Assembly (NCBI GenBank): GCA_963675245.1
Contig: OY775910.1
Location: 992,001 to 1,056,000, forward strand
DNA length: 64,000 nt
Reading direction: 5' to 3'
Origin: Acholeplasmataceae bacterium
GTDB taxonomy: Bacteria; Bacillota_I; Bacilli_A; Acholeplasmatales; Acholeplasmataceae
A program made the position numbers and the translations under genes. Shown one piece after another: positions 30,530 through 42,023 of this stretch. The notes beneath the pieces are model-generated. The model was not told where the DNA came from. It did not search any database and saw nothing but the letters and a program-made list of their open reading frames with translations. Within the stretch, counting starts at the first letter, position 1. Each line of letters opens with the position of its first letter.

Positions 30530-31731
30530 TTGATGTTAAAAAAGTAAGACGTGATTTTCCTACATTTACACACCACCCTGAACTTGTGTATTTAGACTCT
30601 GCGGCATCTAGTTTAAAAGTGAGTAGTGCCATTGAAGCAGTCAATAATTACTACACACATTTAGGTGCAAATGTGCATCGTGGTAGTTATAAACTCAGTT
30701 ATGAAGCGACGAATTTATATGAAGATTCAAGAGTTGATGTCGCAAAACTCATCAATGCGAATCCTAATGAAGTTGTTTTTACAAGAGGAACAACATCCGC
30801 GCTTAATATGATTGCACATATGTATAGAGAAACATTAAAACCTGGTGATGAGGTTATTACGAGCGAACTTGAACATCATTCATCTGTCTTACCGTGGGTT
30901 ATAGCCACTAAACGTAGCGGGGCTACCCTGCGTTATGTACCTTTAAATGAAGAAGGTCGAATCACGGTTGAAGGCTTTAAAAAAGTATTATCTGATCATA
31001 CAAAAGTGGTTGCTTTAACGTATGTATCAAATGTTTTAGGTTATATTACACCAATCGAAGAGATTATCAAGCTTGCGCACGAAAAGGGTGCAATGGTAGT
31101 CGTTGATGCTGCACAAGCAGTTCCGCATATGCCAGTTGATGTGAAAAAGATTGATTGTGACTATATGGCGTTTTCTGGACATAAGATGTTTGGTCCAACA
31201 GGTATTGGTGTTCTTTACGGCAAAGAAGCATTACTTAATCACCTTGAACCATGTGAATATGGTGGAGAGATGGTTGAGGATGTCACGAAAGATCAAATTA
31301 TATTAAAAGAAGCACCAATCAGATTAGAAGCTGGTACACCGATTATTGCTGGTGCGATTGGTCTTGGTGAAGCAGCGAAGTATATATTAAAAGTAGGTGC
31401 AAAAAACATTCATGCACATACACTTAAATTAAAACATTATGCGCAGGAAAAGTTAGCCCTAGTAGAGGGCGTAACGATTCATAATAAATCAGCTGAAACA
31501 GGCATCTTAACATTCAATATCGATGGTGTTCATCCCCATGATGTTGCAAGTGTCTTAGATGAATCCAATATTGATGTGAGAGCAGGTAAGCATTGTGCTT
31601 ATTTGATTCACCAGAAATTAGATTTGTCATCAACGGTTAGAGCATCTTTTCATATTTATAATAATGAAGAGGATTGTGACCAATTGATTAAAGCAGTTAT
31701 TCAAGCTAGAGATTTCTTTAATGGCTTTTAG
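30526..31731 (+). CDS. sufS: Cysteine desulfurase
   Basis: YLDSAAS, EHHS, FSGHKM, RAGKHC. Confidence 0.93.
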   Translation: MIDVKKVRRDFPTFTHHPELVYLDSAASSLKVSSAIEAVNNYYTHLGANVHRGSYKLSYEATNLYEDSRVDVAKLINANPNEVVFTRGTTSALNMIAHMYRETLKPGDEVITSELEHHSSVLPWVIATKRSGATLRYVPLNEEGRITVEGFKKVLSDHTKVVALTYVSNVLGYITPIEEIIKLAHEKGAMVVVDAAQAVPHMPVDVKKIDCDYMAFSGHKMFGPTGIGVLYGKEALLNHLEPCEYGGEMVEDVTKDQIILKEAPIRLEAGTPIIAGAIGLGEAAKYILKVGAKNIHAHTLKLKHYAQEKLALVEGVTIHNKSAETGILTFNIDGVHPHDVASVLDESNIDVRAGKHCAYLIHQKLDLSSTVRASFHIYNNEEDCDQLIKAVIQARDFFNGF

Positions 31732-31739
31732 GAGTAAAT

Positions 31740-32183
31740 ATGAGAATTGAGCAACTATATCGTGAAGTCATCATGGATCATTATAAACACCCTAGAAATA
31801 AAGGTTTAGTTGATGATGCATCATATCTTACGATTCATTTAAATAATCCCAGTTGTGGTGATGAATTAACGATTCAACTCCATGTATTAGATCACGTGGT
31901 TGTTGATGTCAAACATCAAGGAACTGGATGTTCCATTTGTTGTTCATCAGCAAGTGTCATGTCAGAAGCGATTAAAGGTAAAACCGTTTCTGATGCATTA
32001 CATATTATTCATGAGTTTTATGAAATGATTAAAGGTTATCCTTATGATGATAAGGTGTTGACTGGAGAACCAGTTGTATATCAAGGTGTTTCACAATTTC
32101 CAGCACGTATTAAATGCGCGACTTTGGCATGGAAAGCTGCTGAGAAAGGTCTTGAAACTAAAGGAGGAGACAAAGAAACATGA
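31740..32183 (+). CDS. sufU: SUF sulfur-transfer protein
   Basis: NPSCGD, GCSI, RIKCA. Confidence 0.93.
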   Translation: MRIEQLYREVIMDHYKHPRNKGLVDDASYLTIHLNNPSCGDELTIQLHVLDHVVVDVKHQGTGCSICCSSASVMSEAIKGKTVSDALHIIHEFYEMIKGYPYDDKVLTGEPVVYQGVSQFPARIKCATLAWKAAEKGLETKGGDKET

Positions 32184-33592
32184 TGGATGAAAACAAGAAA
32201 AAAATAGATGCGATAGTCGGTGATTATAAATTTGGTTTTATAACCGACTCGAAAGCAATTGTTGATACAGGTAAAGGGATAAATGAGGATGTTGTACGCG
32301 CTATTAGTGCCTACAAAGGCGAACCTGAATGGATGCTCGATTACCGTTTGAAGAGTTATCAGAAGTTTTTAGAAAAGAAAAACCCAACATGGGGTCCTGA
32401 TCTCTCATTTATTAATTTTGATGAATTCACTTACTTCTTAAGAGCAAGTGAAAGAGCTGAAACAAGCTGGGATGAAGTACCTGCCAATATTAGAGATACG
32501 TTCGAAAAATTAGGCATTCCTGAAGCAGAACGTAATTTTTTAGCAGGTGTATCGACACAGTTTGAAAGTGAAGTCGTTTATCATAATACGATGAAAGAGT
32601 TAGAAGAATTAGGCGTAATCTATGTTGATACAGATACAGCTTTAAGAGAATACCCAGAATTATTTAAAGAATATTTTGGTAAAGTGATTCCTTATAGCGA
32701 TAATAAATATGCAGCTTTAAATAGTACTGTTTGGAGTGGTGGGTCATTTATTTACGTACCTAAAGGTGTAAAAGTACCTAAGCCATTACAATCATATTTT
32801 AGAATTAATTCTGATCAAATGGGTCAATTTGAAAGAACATTAATCATTGTTGATGAAGGTGCATCAGTTAATTATGTTGAAGGTTGTACGGCACCTGTTT
32901 ATTCCAAAGATAGTTTGCATGCAGCGATTGTTGAAATCATAGTTAAAAAAGATGCGACATGCCGTTATACAACCATTCAAAACTGGTCTAATAATGTCAT
33001 TAACTTAGTTACAAAGCGTGCATTTGTTTATGAGAATGGACACATGGAATGGATTGATGGTAACATTGGTTCAAATGTCAATATGAAATACCCTTCATGT
33101 GTATTATTAGGTGAACGTGCTAAAGGCACGACGATTTCAATCGCTTTTGCAGGAAAAGGTCAAATCCAGGATGCTGGTGCAAAAATGATTCATGTAGCAC
33201 CAAACACGACATCAACAATTATTTCTAAATCCATTTCACGTGGTGGTGGCTCTGTCAATTATCGTGGTAAAGTTGATTTTGGTAAGAAAGCTAAAGGTGC
33301 GAAGGCACATGTCGAATGTGATACGATTATCCTTGATGATTTCTCATTTAGTGATACGATTCCAACGAATGTTGTTAAGAACTCAGATGTTTTCTTAGAA
33401 CATGAAGCAACGGTTTCTAAAATCTCTGAAGAACAACTTTTCTATTTGATGAGTCGTGGTCTTTCTGAAGAAGAAGCTACCGAAATGATTGTGATGGGAT
33501 TCATTGAACCATTCGCAAAAGAACTACCTATGGAATACGCCATTGAACTTAACCAATTGATTAAATTGGAAATGGAAGGTTCAATTGGTTAA
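32180..33592 (+). CDS. sufB: Fe-S cluster assembly protein
   Basis: [33 protein letters not shown]. Confidence 0.96.
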   Translation: MMDENKKKIDAIVGDYKFGFITDSKAIVDTGKGINEDVVRAISAYKGEPEWMLDYRLKSYQKFLEKKNPTWGPDLSFINFDEFTYFLRASERAETSWDEVPANIRDTFEKLGIPEAERNFLAGVSTQFESEVVYHNTMKELEELGVIYVDTDTALREYPELFKEYFGKVIPYSDNKYAALNSTVWSGGSFIYVPKGVKVPKPLQSYFRINSDQMGQFERTLIIVDEGASVNYVEGCTAPVYSKDSLHAAIVEIIVKKDATCRYTTIQNWSNNVINLVTKRAFVYENGHMEWIDGNIGSNVNMKYPSCVLLGERAKGTTISIAFAGKGQIQDAGAKMIHVAPNTTSTIISKSISRGGGSVNYRGKVDFGKKAKGAKAHVECDTIILDDFSFSDTIPTNVVKNSDVFLEHEATVSKISEEQLFYLMSRGLSEEEATEMIVMGFIEPFAKELPMEYAIELNQLIKLEMEGSIG

Positions 33593-33663
33593 TTGTCTCA
33601 TATTAATTTGTGGTAAAATGAGGGAGAGCCTTGCTTAGGCTCTCCTATCTTTATTTTGGTGAT

Positions 33664-34455
33664 ATGATGAAAAAAGGTATATTATTTGTTTTAATTATGT
33701 TAATCAGTTTTTCATTGGCAAGCTGTCAACCATTAACATATGATGAGATTAGATCATCATATGGTTCTTTTATCGCGGATAATGCAGATGATTATAATGA
33801 ATTAGTAAGTATTTACAATCATATCAGTAGTGAAATCGTTAAATCGACAGTGATGATCAAAAACACAATTAGTATACTTGATTTTTCATCGTTAGGTTCT
33901 GGTGTCATTTTTGATGAAGATGACACATATTACTACGTCATGACAAACAGCCATGTCATCGGTGCAGATGACACATATATTCATAACATTACGGTTACTT
34001 TAGTTAATGGTGATGTGATTGATGCGACACTAGTTTCATATGATATAGCTTATGATATAGCCGTTGTTAAATTTATAAAAGGTACACGAGATATAGATGT
34101 TATCATGATGGCAGATGAAAATGCTCATCAGGATGAAACAGTCATCATTTTAGGACATCCTAATGGACAATTACAAGCGATGACGATCGGTTATTACTTA
34201 GAAATGGTGACGTTAACACTTGATGATAACGCCATTGGTCAAGTAGAATTTCCAGTATTCCGTTTAAGTGCCCCAGTTCAATCAGGTAGCAGTGGCAGCG
34301 TCGTTATCAATGAAGAATTTGCCATGGTTGGTCTTGTTTTTGCTGGTAATTTTGTTGGTACCGATACATCTACACACTACTCTTATGCGATTCCCATTGA
34401 AAAAGTATACGAATTTCTTGCACTATATCCATTGACTGGTGGTGAAACATCATGA
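33664..34455 (+). CDS. Trypsin-like serine protease lipoprotein (no PDZ)
   Basis: Lipobox LASC; triad TNSHVI / DIAVV / GSSGS. Confidence 0.85.
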   Translation: MMKKGILFVLIMLISFSLASCQPLTYDEIRSSYGSFIADNADDYNELVSIYNHISSEIVKSTVMIKNTISILDFSSLGSGVIFDEDDTYYYVMTNSHVIGADDTYIHNITVTLVNGDVIDATLVSYDIAYDIAVVKFIKGTRDIDVIMMADENAHQDETVIILGHPNGQLQAMTIGYYLEMVTLTLDDNAIGQVEFPVFRLSAPVQSGSSGSVVINEEFAMVGLVFAGNFVGTDTSTHYSYAIPIEKVYEFLALYPLTGGETS

Positions 34456-35162
34456 GAAATATATTTACTTTATTCGTTTTATTGTTAAGTATGTTTTTGC
34501 TTGTTGGTTGTATGGAAGAATTACCACCTGAAACATTAGCGCTTCAACAGCAATATGATGATTATCGAACAAATGAATTTTCTGATTTCGATCATTTTGT
34601 AACCTATATGAATACATTTTCCCTTGAAACCTCACATGCTGGAGTTTATATAGAAGCATCCTATAGTGTTAATCCTTTGACGAGAGTGTCTCATGAATCA
34701 ATGGGTGTGATTATTCATGAAGATCAAAATTATTATTACGCTGTCACAGATTCTCATCTTTTTGATGATGGTGAACGAAATTATCGAATCACAGTTACAG
34801 ATACTTATAACCATGTCATTATTGGTCAAAGAATCGCAATTGATAAAATACTCGAAATCGCGTTGATCAAGTTTACAAAACCTGCAAAAGCGCTTTATGT
34901 ATTAGAAGCCGCACATGCGTTGCCGATTAATCAAGAACCTGTTTTATTATTATCATCATTAGGACAGATTAGACAGCATGTATCACTTGGTAACCTCATA
35001 TATGACGGTAATGTATTAGGTGTCACTGTTGATTTACCATTAGATGACGGCATTGTTGGAGGTGCAGTGTTTGATGTGAATCTTCGTTTAGTCGGTATGA
35101 TTGTGTCAGAAGATGGATTAAAAATGGCAACATATTCAGATATTTGGACATTACTTGAATAA
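34452..35162 (+). CDS. Trypsin-like protease homologue lipoprotein, probably inactive
   Basis: Lipobox LVGC; TDSHLF / EIALI / GIVGGAV (no nucleophile Ser). Confidence 0.7.
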   Translation: MRNIFTLFVLLLSMFLLVGCMEELPPETLALQQQYDDYRTNEFSDFDHFVTYMNTFSLETSHAGVYIEASYSVNPLTRVSHESMGVIIHEDQNYYYAVTDSHLFDDGERNYRITVTDTYNHVIIGQRIAIDKILEIALIKFTKPAKALYVLEAAHALPINQEPVLLLSSLGQIRQHVSLGNLIYDGNVLGVTVDLPLDDGIVGGAVFDVNLRLVGMIVSEDGLKMATYSDIWTLLE

Positions 35163-35186
35163 CGTTTGTTATAATGGGCTTAAAGG

Positions 35187-35777
35187 ATGGATGGCATGTA
35201 TCGATACTTAATCATTGAAAGTATATCCCCAATTGAACAAAACGAATCAACGCTGCTTGCGTTTTTTTCAGATATCATAAGAATTGATGATGTCACTAAA
35301 AGGCAACATCAAATCACACTCTTTTATCAAGGAGACGCTGAGGTATCGTTTAAGGATATCATCATCAATTTATCTTCAGATACATTAACTGATTTTAGAT
35401 TGTTTGAGTCATGTCATTTTAAAACCGAACTTGAACGATATAAGAATTACGAGCATATTCTTGGATTGTTAAAAAGAATTGAAATAGTAGGCCACCCATA
35501 TGTATCAGAACAGGATATTGTTTCTTTATTGATTCATGATTTAACAGATCAAGATATATCATGTTTTTTAAAATCATATGCGAAAGATCAAACCATGCTC
35601 AACAGTGTTAAAATCTATTTGGAATGCAATCAAAATACGAGTGTAGCTGCAAAACAATTGTTTGTCCACCGTAACACATTAATTCATCGTATTGATAAAT
35701 TTATAGATATAACTGGTTTTGACATTAGAGAGTTTGTTCCAGGATATTTAATATACAGCTTATTAACAAGCCATTAA
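35187..35777 (+). CDS. PucR/CdaR-type C-terminal HTH protein
   Basis: NQNTSVAAKQLFVHRNTLIHRIDK. Confidence 0.8.
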   Translation: MDGMYRYLIIESISPIEQNESTLLAFFSDIIRIDDVTKRQHQITLFYQGDAEVSFKDIIINLSSDTLTDFRLFESCHFKTELERYKNYEHILGLLKRIEIVGHPYVSEQDIVSLLIHDLTDQDISCFLKSYAKDQTMLNSVKIYLECNQNTSVAAKQLFVHRNTLIHRIDKFIDITGFDIREFVPGYLIYSLLTSH

Positions 35778-35858
35778 AAAATGTGCATGATGCACATTTT
35801 TTTATATGCTATAACTTGTTATAATGAATGTAACTTGGGAAAAAGAAAGGATACATTT

Positions 35859-37031
35859 ATGGCAACTTTAAAACTGACAGATATAAATAAGATTTACCCT
35901 AATGGCGTACAAGCGGTATTTGATTTTAACTTATCAATTAGAGATAAAGAGTTCATCGTATTCGTTGGACCTTCTGGATGTGGTAAATCAACAACACTTC
36001 GTATGATAGCTGGTTTGGAAGAAATAACTTCAGGTGAGTTATTCATTGATGATGAACTCGTTAATGATAAAGCACCTAAAGATCGTAACATCGCGATGGT
36101 TTTCCAATCATATGCGTTATATCCACATATGACTGTATATGATAATATGGCATTTGGTTTGAAACTGAGAAAAATGCCGAAAGACATCATTGAAAAGAAA
36201 GTAAATGATGCTGCTGAAATTCTTGGTTTAGTACCTTACCTTAAACGTAAACCAAAAGCTTTATCAGGTGGACAAAGACAGCGTGTGGCATTAGGACGTG
36301 CGATTGTTCGTGATGCTAAAGTATTCTTAATGGATGAACCATTATCAAACTTAGATGCAAAATTACGTGTGCAAATGCGTGGTGAATTAATTAAACTTCA
36401 TAATACGATTGAAACAACAACTATTTATGTTACCCATGACCAAATTGAAGCGATGACGATGGCACATAGAATTGTTGTTATGAAAGATGGTTATATTATG
36501 CAAGTTGGTGCACCAAAAGAAATTTATGATAAACCAGAGAACTTATTTGTTGCTGGATTTATCGGAACACCACCTATGAACTTCTTACATGGACAAATTG
36601 ACAATAAAGGTTTCTTTAGAGCTGGTAAATACAGTGTGAAGGTTCCTGAAGATAAACTTGAAATCGTTAAATATCATAAGATGATGGAAAAAGATATCAT
36701 CCTTGGAATTAGACCAGAAGATATTCATGATTCTAAAATAGTTATGGAAACATACCCTGAATCTGTTCTCAATATCATTGTTGATGTAGCTGAATTATTA
36801 GGTTCAGAAACTAATGTTTATACACAAATTAATGATGATCATATTTGTGCTGTGATTAGTGCACGTGCAGGTGTTCATATTGGGGATGAAATGAAATTAA
36901 CACTCGACATGAATAAAGCACACTTCTTTGATCCAGATACAGAAAACGTATTAAAATTGAATGAACCATTAAAACCTAAAAAGATAATGGTTTCTGAAGA
37001 AGAAGCTGAAGCAGCAGCAAAGAAAAAATAA
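35859..37031 (+). CDS. msmX: Multiple-sugar ABC transporter ATPase (MsmX/MsmK/UgpC type)
   Basis: GPSGCGKST, VFQSYALYPHM, LSGGQRQR; start MATLK at 35859. Confidence 0.88.
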   Translation: MATLKLTDINKIYPNGVQAVFDFNLSIRDKEFIVFVGPSGCGKSTTLRMIAGLEEITSGELFIDDELVNDKAPKDRNIAMVFQSYALYPHMTVYDNMAFGLKLRKMPKDIIEKKVNDAAEILGLVPYLKRKPKALSGGQRQRVALGRAIVRDAKVFLMDEPLSNLDAKLRVQMRGELIKLHNTIETTTIYVTHDQIEAMTMAHRIVVMKDGYIMQVGAPKEIYDKPENLFVAGFIGTPPMNFLHGQIDNKGFFRAGKYSVKVPEDKLEIVKYHKMMEKDIILGIRPEDIHDSKIVMETYPESVLNIIVDVAELLGSETNVYTQINDDHICAVISARAGVHIGDEMKLTLDMNKAHFFDPDTENVLKLNEPLKPKKIMVSEEEAEAAAKKK

Positions 37032-37066
37032 TTAAAGGCCGATAGGCCTTTTCTTTTGGAGAAAAA

Positions 37067-37483
37067 ATGATGATTGATTATATCACTAACGAGAAAAATC
37101 ACACTTATATTTATCAAGAAAACAAAGTGAGCATACATGCTATATCCAATCTGTCATATGTGAAACAGATGTGCATGAATCATTTATTTACTTATGAAGG
37201 GTATATTAAATCGGTAAAAAGAATGTTTGGTTATCACTATAAGATTCCCATTTTTTTGCATGAAGGTTTACAGTTGATTGCGACTAAATCAGTGAGAAAC
37301 TATGACAATATTTGGATTAATTATGCAAGTGTTGAATCAATTGATTACATAGGTAATCGCATAAGACTAACGTTTACCAGTCATCGAATTTTAATTATTG
37401 AGATAAGCAAGCAAGCATTTAACGAACAAATCAAGCGACTTGAAGTGATAAAGTTGCATATAAGTAAACATTTTCATATATAG
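37067..37483 (+). CDS. ComK-family protein
   Basis: YEGYIKSVKRMFGYHYKIPI...TKS...NIWINY resembles ComK pattern. Confidence 0.65.
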   Translation: MMIDYITNEKNHTYIYQENKVSIHAISNLSYVKQMCMNHLFTYEGYIKSVKRMFGYHYKIPIFLHEGLQLIATKSVRNYDNIWINYASVESIDYIGNRIRLTFTSHRILIIEISKQAFNEQIKRLEVIKLHISKHFHI

Positions 37484-37566
37484 ATTTATAGAAAATCACA
37501 CGCAATAGTGATATAATATATACGGTCAAAAGTAATCGCTTTAGATGAATTAGAGGAGGAGAAGAA

Positions 37567-38763
37567 ATGCCTAAAAAAACGCTGCGTGACATTGATGTCA
37601 AAGGCAAGAAGGTTTTAGTGCGAGTTGATTTCAACGTCCCACTAAAAGATGGCAAAATCAGTGATGAAAATCGTATTGTACAAGCTTTACCAACCATTGA
37701 ATATATTTTAGAACATGGTGGACGTGCAATTTTATTTTCACACTTAGGAAGAATCAAAGAACCATCTGATTTAGAAAAGAGCAGTTTAAAAATTGTTGCA
37801 GAAAGATTAAGTGAACATTTAAAACAACCTGTTAAATTTGTTCCAGAAACAAGAGGTAAAGCTTTAGAAGATGCGGTTGCTGCATTATCTGATGGTGAGA
37901 TCCTCATGTTTGAAAACACACGTTTTGAAGATTTAGAAGGTAAAAAAGAATCAAAAAATGATCCTGAACTTGGTCAATATTGGGCTTCACTTGGTGATGT
38001 TTTCGTCAATGACGCTTTCGGTACTGCACATCGTGCACATGCATCAAATGTCGGTATTGCAAGCAATATTAAAGAAACAGTTGCAGGCTTTTTATTAGAA
38101 AAAGAAATTAATTTTATCGGTGGTGCATTGGAGAATCCAGAACGCCCATTCGTTGCCATTTTAGGTGGTGCGAAAGTATCTGATAAAATTGAAGTCATAA
38201 AGAATTTATTGAAAGTCGCTGATAAAGTATTAATTGGTGGCGGTATGGCCTACACATTCTTTAAAGCACAAGGTTATGAAATTGGTACAAGTTTACTTGA
38301 AGCCGATAAAATTGACTTAGCAAACGAATTACTTGAGTTAGGTAAAGGAAAAATCGTTCTAGGTAGCGATGTTGTTACAGCTAAAGAATTCAATGCTGAA
38401 AGTGAAAAGAATGTTAGAGCAGTCAATCATATTCCAGCAGATGAAATGGGTATGGACATTGGACCAAGCACGATTAAAACGTTTGAAAATGTCATTAAAG
38501 ATGCGAAGACAGTGGTTTGGAATGGTCCTGTTGGTGTCTTTGAATTCCCTAGATTTGCAGAAGGTACAAAGTCAGTTGCGAAAGCACTTGTTCAAATTAA
38601 GGATCAAGCAACAACCATTATTGGTGGTGGCGACTCAGCAGCAGCTGTGATTCAATTTGGACTAGCAGATGGATTTACACATATATCAACTGGTGGTGGC
38701 GCATCATTAGAATATTTAGAAGGAAAATTGCTACCTGGTATCCAGTGTGTTGATAATAAATAA
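37567..38763 (+). CDS. pgk: Phosphoglycerate kinase
   Basis: [26 protein letters not shown]. Confidence 0.97.
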   Translation: MPKKTLRDIDVKGKKVLVRVDFNVPLKDGKISDENRIVQALPTIEYILEHGGRAILFSHLGRIKEPSDLEKSSLKIVAERLSEHLKQPVKFVPETRGKALEDAVAALSDGEILMFENTRFEDLEGKKESKNDPELGQYWASLGDVFVNDAFGTAHRAHASNVGIASNIKETVAGFLLEKEINFIGGALENPERPFVAILGGAKVSDKIEVIKNLLKVADKVLIGGGMAYTFFKAQGYEIGTSLLEADKIDLANELLELGKGKIVLGSDVVTAKEFNAESEKNVRAVNHIPADEMGMDIGPSTIKTFENVIKDAKTVVWNGPVGVFEFPRFAEGTKSVAKALVQIKDQATTIIGGGDSAAAVIQFGLADGFTHISTGGGASLEYLEGKLLPGIQCVDNK

Positions 38764-39305
38764 TGGTTAACATCGGAAAAAAGATCCGTGCATTGCGACT
38801 ACAAAATAATTTAACACAAGAAGAACTCGCAAATCGATTGGAACTTACGAAGGGTTATATTTCACAAATCGAAAATAATCTCACGTCACCCTCGATGCAA
38901 ACCCTCTTCTCGATACTTGAAGTTTTAGGAACAGATGTTCACGAATTCTTCAGTAACGAAGAAGAACCAACAGTTGTCTTTAAAAAAGATGACTTCTACG
39001 AAAAGGAAAACGAACAGTTAAAACACATGATTAGCTGGATCGTTCCGAATGCACAAAAATATGAAATGGAGCCAATCATCATTGACATCGAACCTGGTGG
39101 TCAATCAGAAATTGATGACCCACATGCAGGTGAAGAATTCGGGTATGTACTTGAAGGACAAGTAACACTCATTCTAAACAAAAAGCGTCATGTCATACGT
39201 AAGGGTGAAACATTTTATTACCGTGCAAATAAAGAGCATTATCTTATGAATACTTATCATACTCGCGCAAAAGTGCTTTGGATAAGTACACCCCCAATGT
39301 TTTAG
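38763..39305 (+). CDS. XRE-HTH plus cupin transcriptional regulator (PuuR-like)
   Basis: LTQEELANRLELTKGYISQIEN; HAGEEFGYVLEG. Confidence 0.88.
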   Translation: MVNIGKKIRALRLQNNLTQEELANRLELTKGYISQIENNLTSPSMQTLFSILEVLGTDVHEFFSNEEEPTVVFKKDDFYEKENEQLKHMISWIVPNAQKYEMEPIIIDIEPGGQSEIDDPHAGEEFGYVLEGQVTLILNKKRHVIRKGETFYYRANKEHYLMNTYHTRAKVLWISTPPMF

Positions 39306-39322
39306 AAAAGGAGTATCACAAA

Positions 39323-39568
39323 ATGGAAAAAGAAATTGTTATTAAAAGTACAACAGGATTACATGCCAGCTTAGCAGCAAAAGTTGTTCAAACTGCTTCA
39401 AAATATGCGGTAGATATTGAACTACATTATGAAGATAAAATCGTAGACTTAAAATCAATCCTTGCACTTATGTCACTTGCAGTCCCTTACGGTGAAAACG
39501 TCAAGATCGTTGCGAAGGGAGCACGTGCTGAAGAAGCGATTAAAGATGTTTCTTCAATTCTCGGCTAA
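39323..39568 (+). CDS. HPr-family phosphocarrier (atypical)
   Basis: GLHASLAA and VDLKSILALMSL; AAGGAG before ATG 39323. Confidence 0.85.
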   Translation: MEKEIVIKSTTGLHASLAAKVVQTASKYAVDIELHYEDKIVDLKSILALMSLAVPYGENVKIVAKGARAEEAIKDVSSILG

Positions 39569-39570
39569 TC

Positions 39571-40326
39571 ATGCGTATACCAGTCATTGCAGGTAATTGG
39601 AAAATGTATAAGACGCGTGATGAAGCACTCGCGTTCATTTATGCAGTTAATCAATTAGTACCAGATTTAGAAAGAGTCGAGTCAGTCATTTGTGCACCAG
39701 CAATCTTCTTAAGGGACTTAGTTAAAAGAGCTGGCGAAAATCTTCGTATTGGCGCACAAAATATGCACTATTTAGATGAAGGTGCTTATACAGGTGAAAT
39801 CTCACCTAATATGCTAAAATCATATGGTGTTGATTATGTTGTTTTAGGACATAGTGAACGTCGTGCTTACTATAATGAAACGGATGCATCTGTTAATTTA
39901 AAAGTACTTAAAGCGATTCAATCAGAACTTAAACCAATTGTATGTGTTGGTGAGTCACTTGATATACGTGAAGCAGGAACAACAAATGCGTTTGTTAAAG
40001 AACAGGTTGTTAAAGCATATGCGAATGTAAGTGATATCGATGCGTTAAAAACAATCGTTGCATATGAACCTATTTGGGCGATTGGTACTGGTAAAACAGC
40101 AACCCCAGAAATGGCGAATGAAACAATTAAAGCGATTCGTCAAGTATTAGCAGAATTATACAATCAACAATCTGCTGATAAAATCCGTATTTTATATGGT
40201 GGTTCAGTGAAACCAAGCAATGTGGATGACCTGCTTGCTGAATCAGATATTGATGGTGCTTTAGTCGGTGGTGCATCACTCGATCCTGAGTCATTCTTAA
40301 CACTTGTTAAAGCAGCCATTAAATAG
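39571..40326 (+). CDS. tpiA: Triose-phosphate isomerase
   Basis: AGNWKM, GHSERR, AYEPIWAIGTG. Confidence 0.97.
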   Translation: MRIPVIAGNWKMYKTRDEALAFIYAVNQLVPDLERVESVICAPAIFLRDLVKRAGENLRIGAQNMHYLDEGAYTGEISPNMLKSYGVDYVVLGHSERRAYYNETDASVNLKVLKAIQSELKPIVCVGESLDIREAGTTNAFVKEQVVKAYANVSDIDALKTIVAYEPIWAIGTGKTATPEMANETIKAIRQVLAELYNQQSADKIRILYGGSVKPSNVDDLLAESDIDGALVGGASLDPESFLTLVKAAIK

Positions 40327-40387
40327 AAAAAGTATTAGAAATAAAAGATACCTTATAACATGAACTTTTTGAAAAAAGACCTTGTTA

Positions 40388-40431
40388 TGAAGTGAACCCC
40401 AAAAGTAGACTCGTAAAAAAAGTCTATTTTT
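40388..40431 (+). mobile_element. Isolated IS3-family (IS150/IS861-like) terminal repeat remnant
   Basis: TGAAGTGAACCCCAAAAGTAGAC...GTCTATTTT resembles IS150-subgroup ends; no transposase follows. Confidence 0.55.
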
Positions 40432-40934
40432 ATTTTAGAATATACTTTTAGAAACATTGATTACAAAAACAAGTGATTAGCAGATTAAAATAACGATATC
40501 AAATAAACAATAACTTTTTAATTGAAAATAACTAATTTTAACATATGTGAAAATATATTTTAGTAATATTTTATACTTAAAAATAACTATTAAAGTCAGC
40601 ATTTAAAGATAAATTATAATCTTACTACGAAAGAATCACTAACCGTTCAAAAAACATGTTTTTCAACTATAGTTGATTTTTTTTATTAAATATATATAAT
40701 GAAGTTAAAATAAGCGATAATGACATAGGGGAGAGGATAATGAATGGTTTATATGGATGTTCTTTATATAACATTTTTAATATTATCTTTCTTATGTATC
40801 AAGTATGAAAATACTTCGTTAATCAGCAATAACATCAATTGTGTAAAAGAACAACAATATTAAAAATTGATAATTTGAAAGTAGTTACAAGTGTAAACAT
40901 CGCATATATTGAATAGACTATTATGGAGGAATAA

Positions 40935-41534
40935 ATGGTAAAAATATTTAAAGTATTTTCACTTATAACTTTAACTATTGGGTTGATACCAGTTATGTCA
41001 GCATGCAAAAATAACAAGATAGTTGAACAAAAAGCAGATGAAATGATTAATATTGAGACTATTTATTGGAATAGTACTTTTAGTATTGCTGGATATACCA
41101 TTAGTTTTGAACCGCCAGTAATGGAAGAAAATATAATTTTTTCAGTAACTGTTGATCAAGGTACGTTAAGTATGCTTTCTAATTCAAATGGGGTTGAAAC
41201 AGTTACAGTCGGTGAAACAGGAACAATTAATACTGATGGAAGGATAGTTTGGCGAAATGTTACGTATATTGATTCTTCTAAATTTAATTACGATGATATT
41301 GATGAAGCATTTATTGATATTATTGTTAAAGAAGACAATCATATCATTGGATATGCAGTTGTAAGAGTGTATATCACCAGTATTCCGTCGCAAGTAAATT
41401 CTAGTACATATATGGAAGTCTATACAGGAGAAATTCTAATTTCTTCGTATTTTCCAAAACAAAATGGAGAGTATCAGTTAATCGATGATGCGTTAATAAC
41501 TTCATTAATAAGTAAAATAAAAGAGGGGAACTAG
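40935..41534 (+). CDS. Hypothetical lipoprotein
   Basis: GGAGG RBS, signal peptide ending MSAC. Confidence 0.7.
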   Translation: MVKIFKVFSLITLTIGLIPVMSACKNNKIVEQKADEMINIETIYWNSTFSIAGYTISFEPPVMEENIIFSVTVDQGTLSMLSNSNGVETVTVGETGTINTDGRIVWRNVTYIDSSKFNYDDIDEAFIDIIVKEDNHIIGYAVVRVYITSIPSQVNSSTYMEVYTGEILISSYFPKQNGEYQLIDDALITSLISKIKEGN

Positions 41535-41543
41535 GAAGATTCA

Positions 41544-42023
41544 ATGAGAAAACAAATTGTTAGATTGTGTGTTATATTTTTGTTGTCTTTTGTTATGTTT
41601 ATTTGTATAAGTATAAATGTCGAGGCTGATGAGTTTAATGTAGAAAAACATGGTACTTATACTGAACAATATCAAAGCGCATTTTTGGACAAGACTTTAA
41701 AATCTAAAACAACGACTGAACATTTAATTGAGTTATTAATAATGAATGAAAAAGAAGCTTTGGAGTTTATTGCGTTTAGAGGAATATTGATTCCAAACGA
41801 ATTAAATGATAGACAAATTACATTAATTGAAGATCATGCCTTTTATGAAAATAATGGATTGAATTATATAACATTTTATACCGATGTACCACCAACAATT
41901 GATCATTTCATAGATGTTTCTGAATTAACTATTTACGTCCCTACATCATTACTAAACATTTATCGAAGTGCAATAGGATGGGTGAATTATTCAGAAATAA
42001 TCACCGAGTTACCAATAAATTAA
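41544..42023 (+). CDS. Secreted protein with BspA-like LRR C-terminal fragment; possibly internally deleted
   Basis: Signal peptide; ITLIEDHAFYENNGLNYITF and TIYVP...Y..AIGW cap. Confidence 0.55.
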   Translation: MRKQIVRLCVIFLLSFVMFICISINVEADEFNVEKHGTYTEQYQSAFLDKTLKSKTTTEHLIELLIMNEKEALEFIAFRGILIPNELNDRQITLIEDHAFYENNGLNYITFYTDVPPTIDHFIDVSELTIYVPTSLLNIYRSAIGWVNYSEIITELPIN

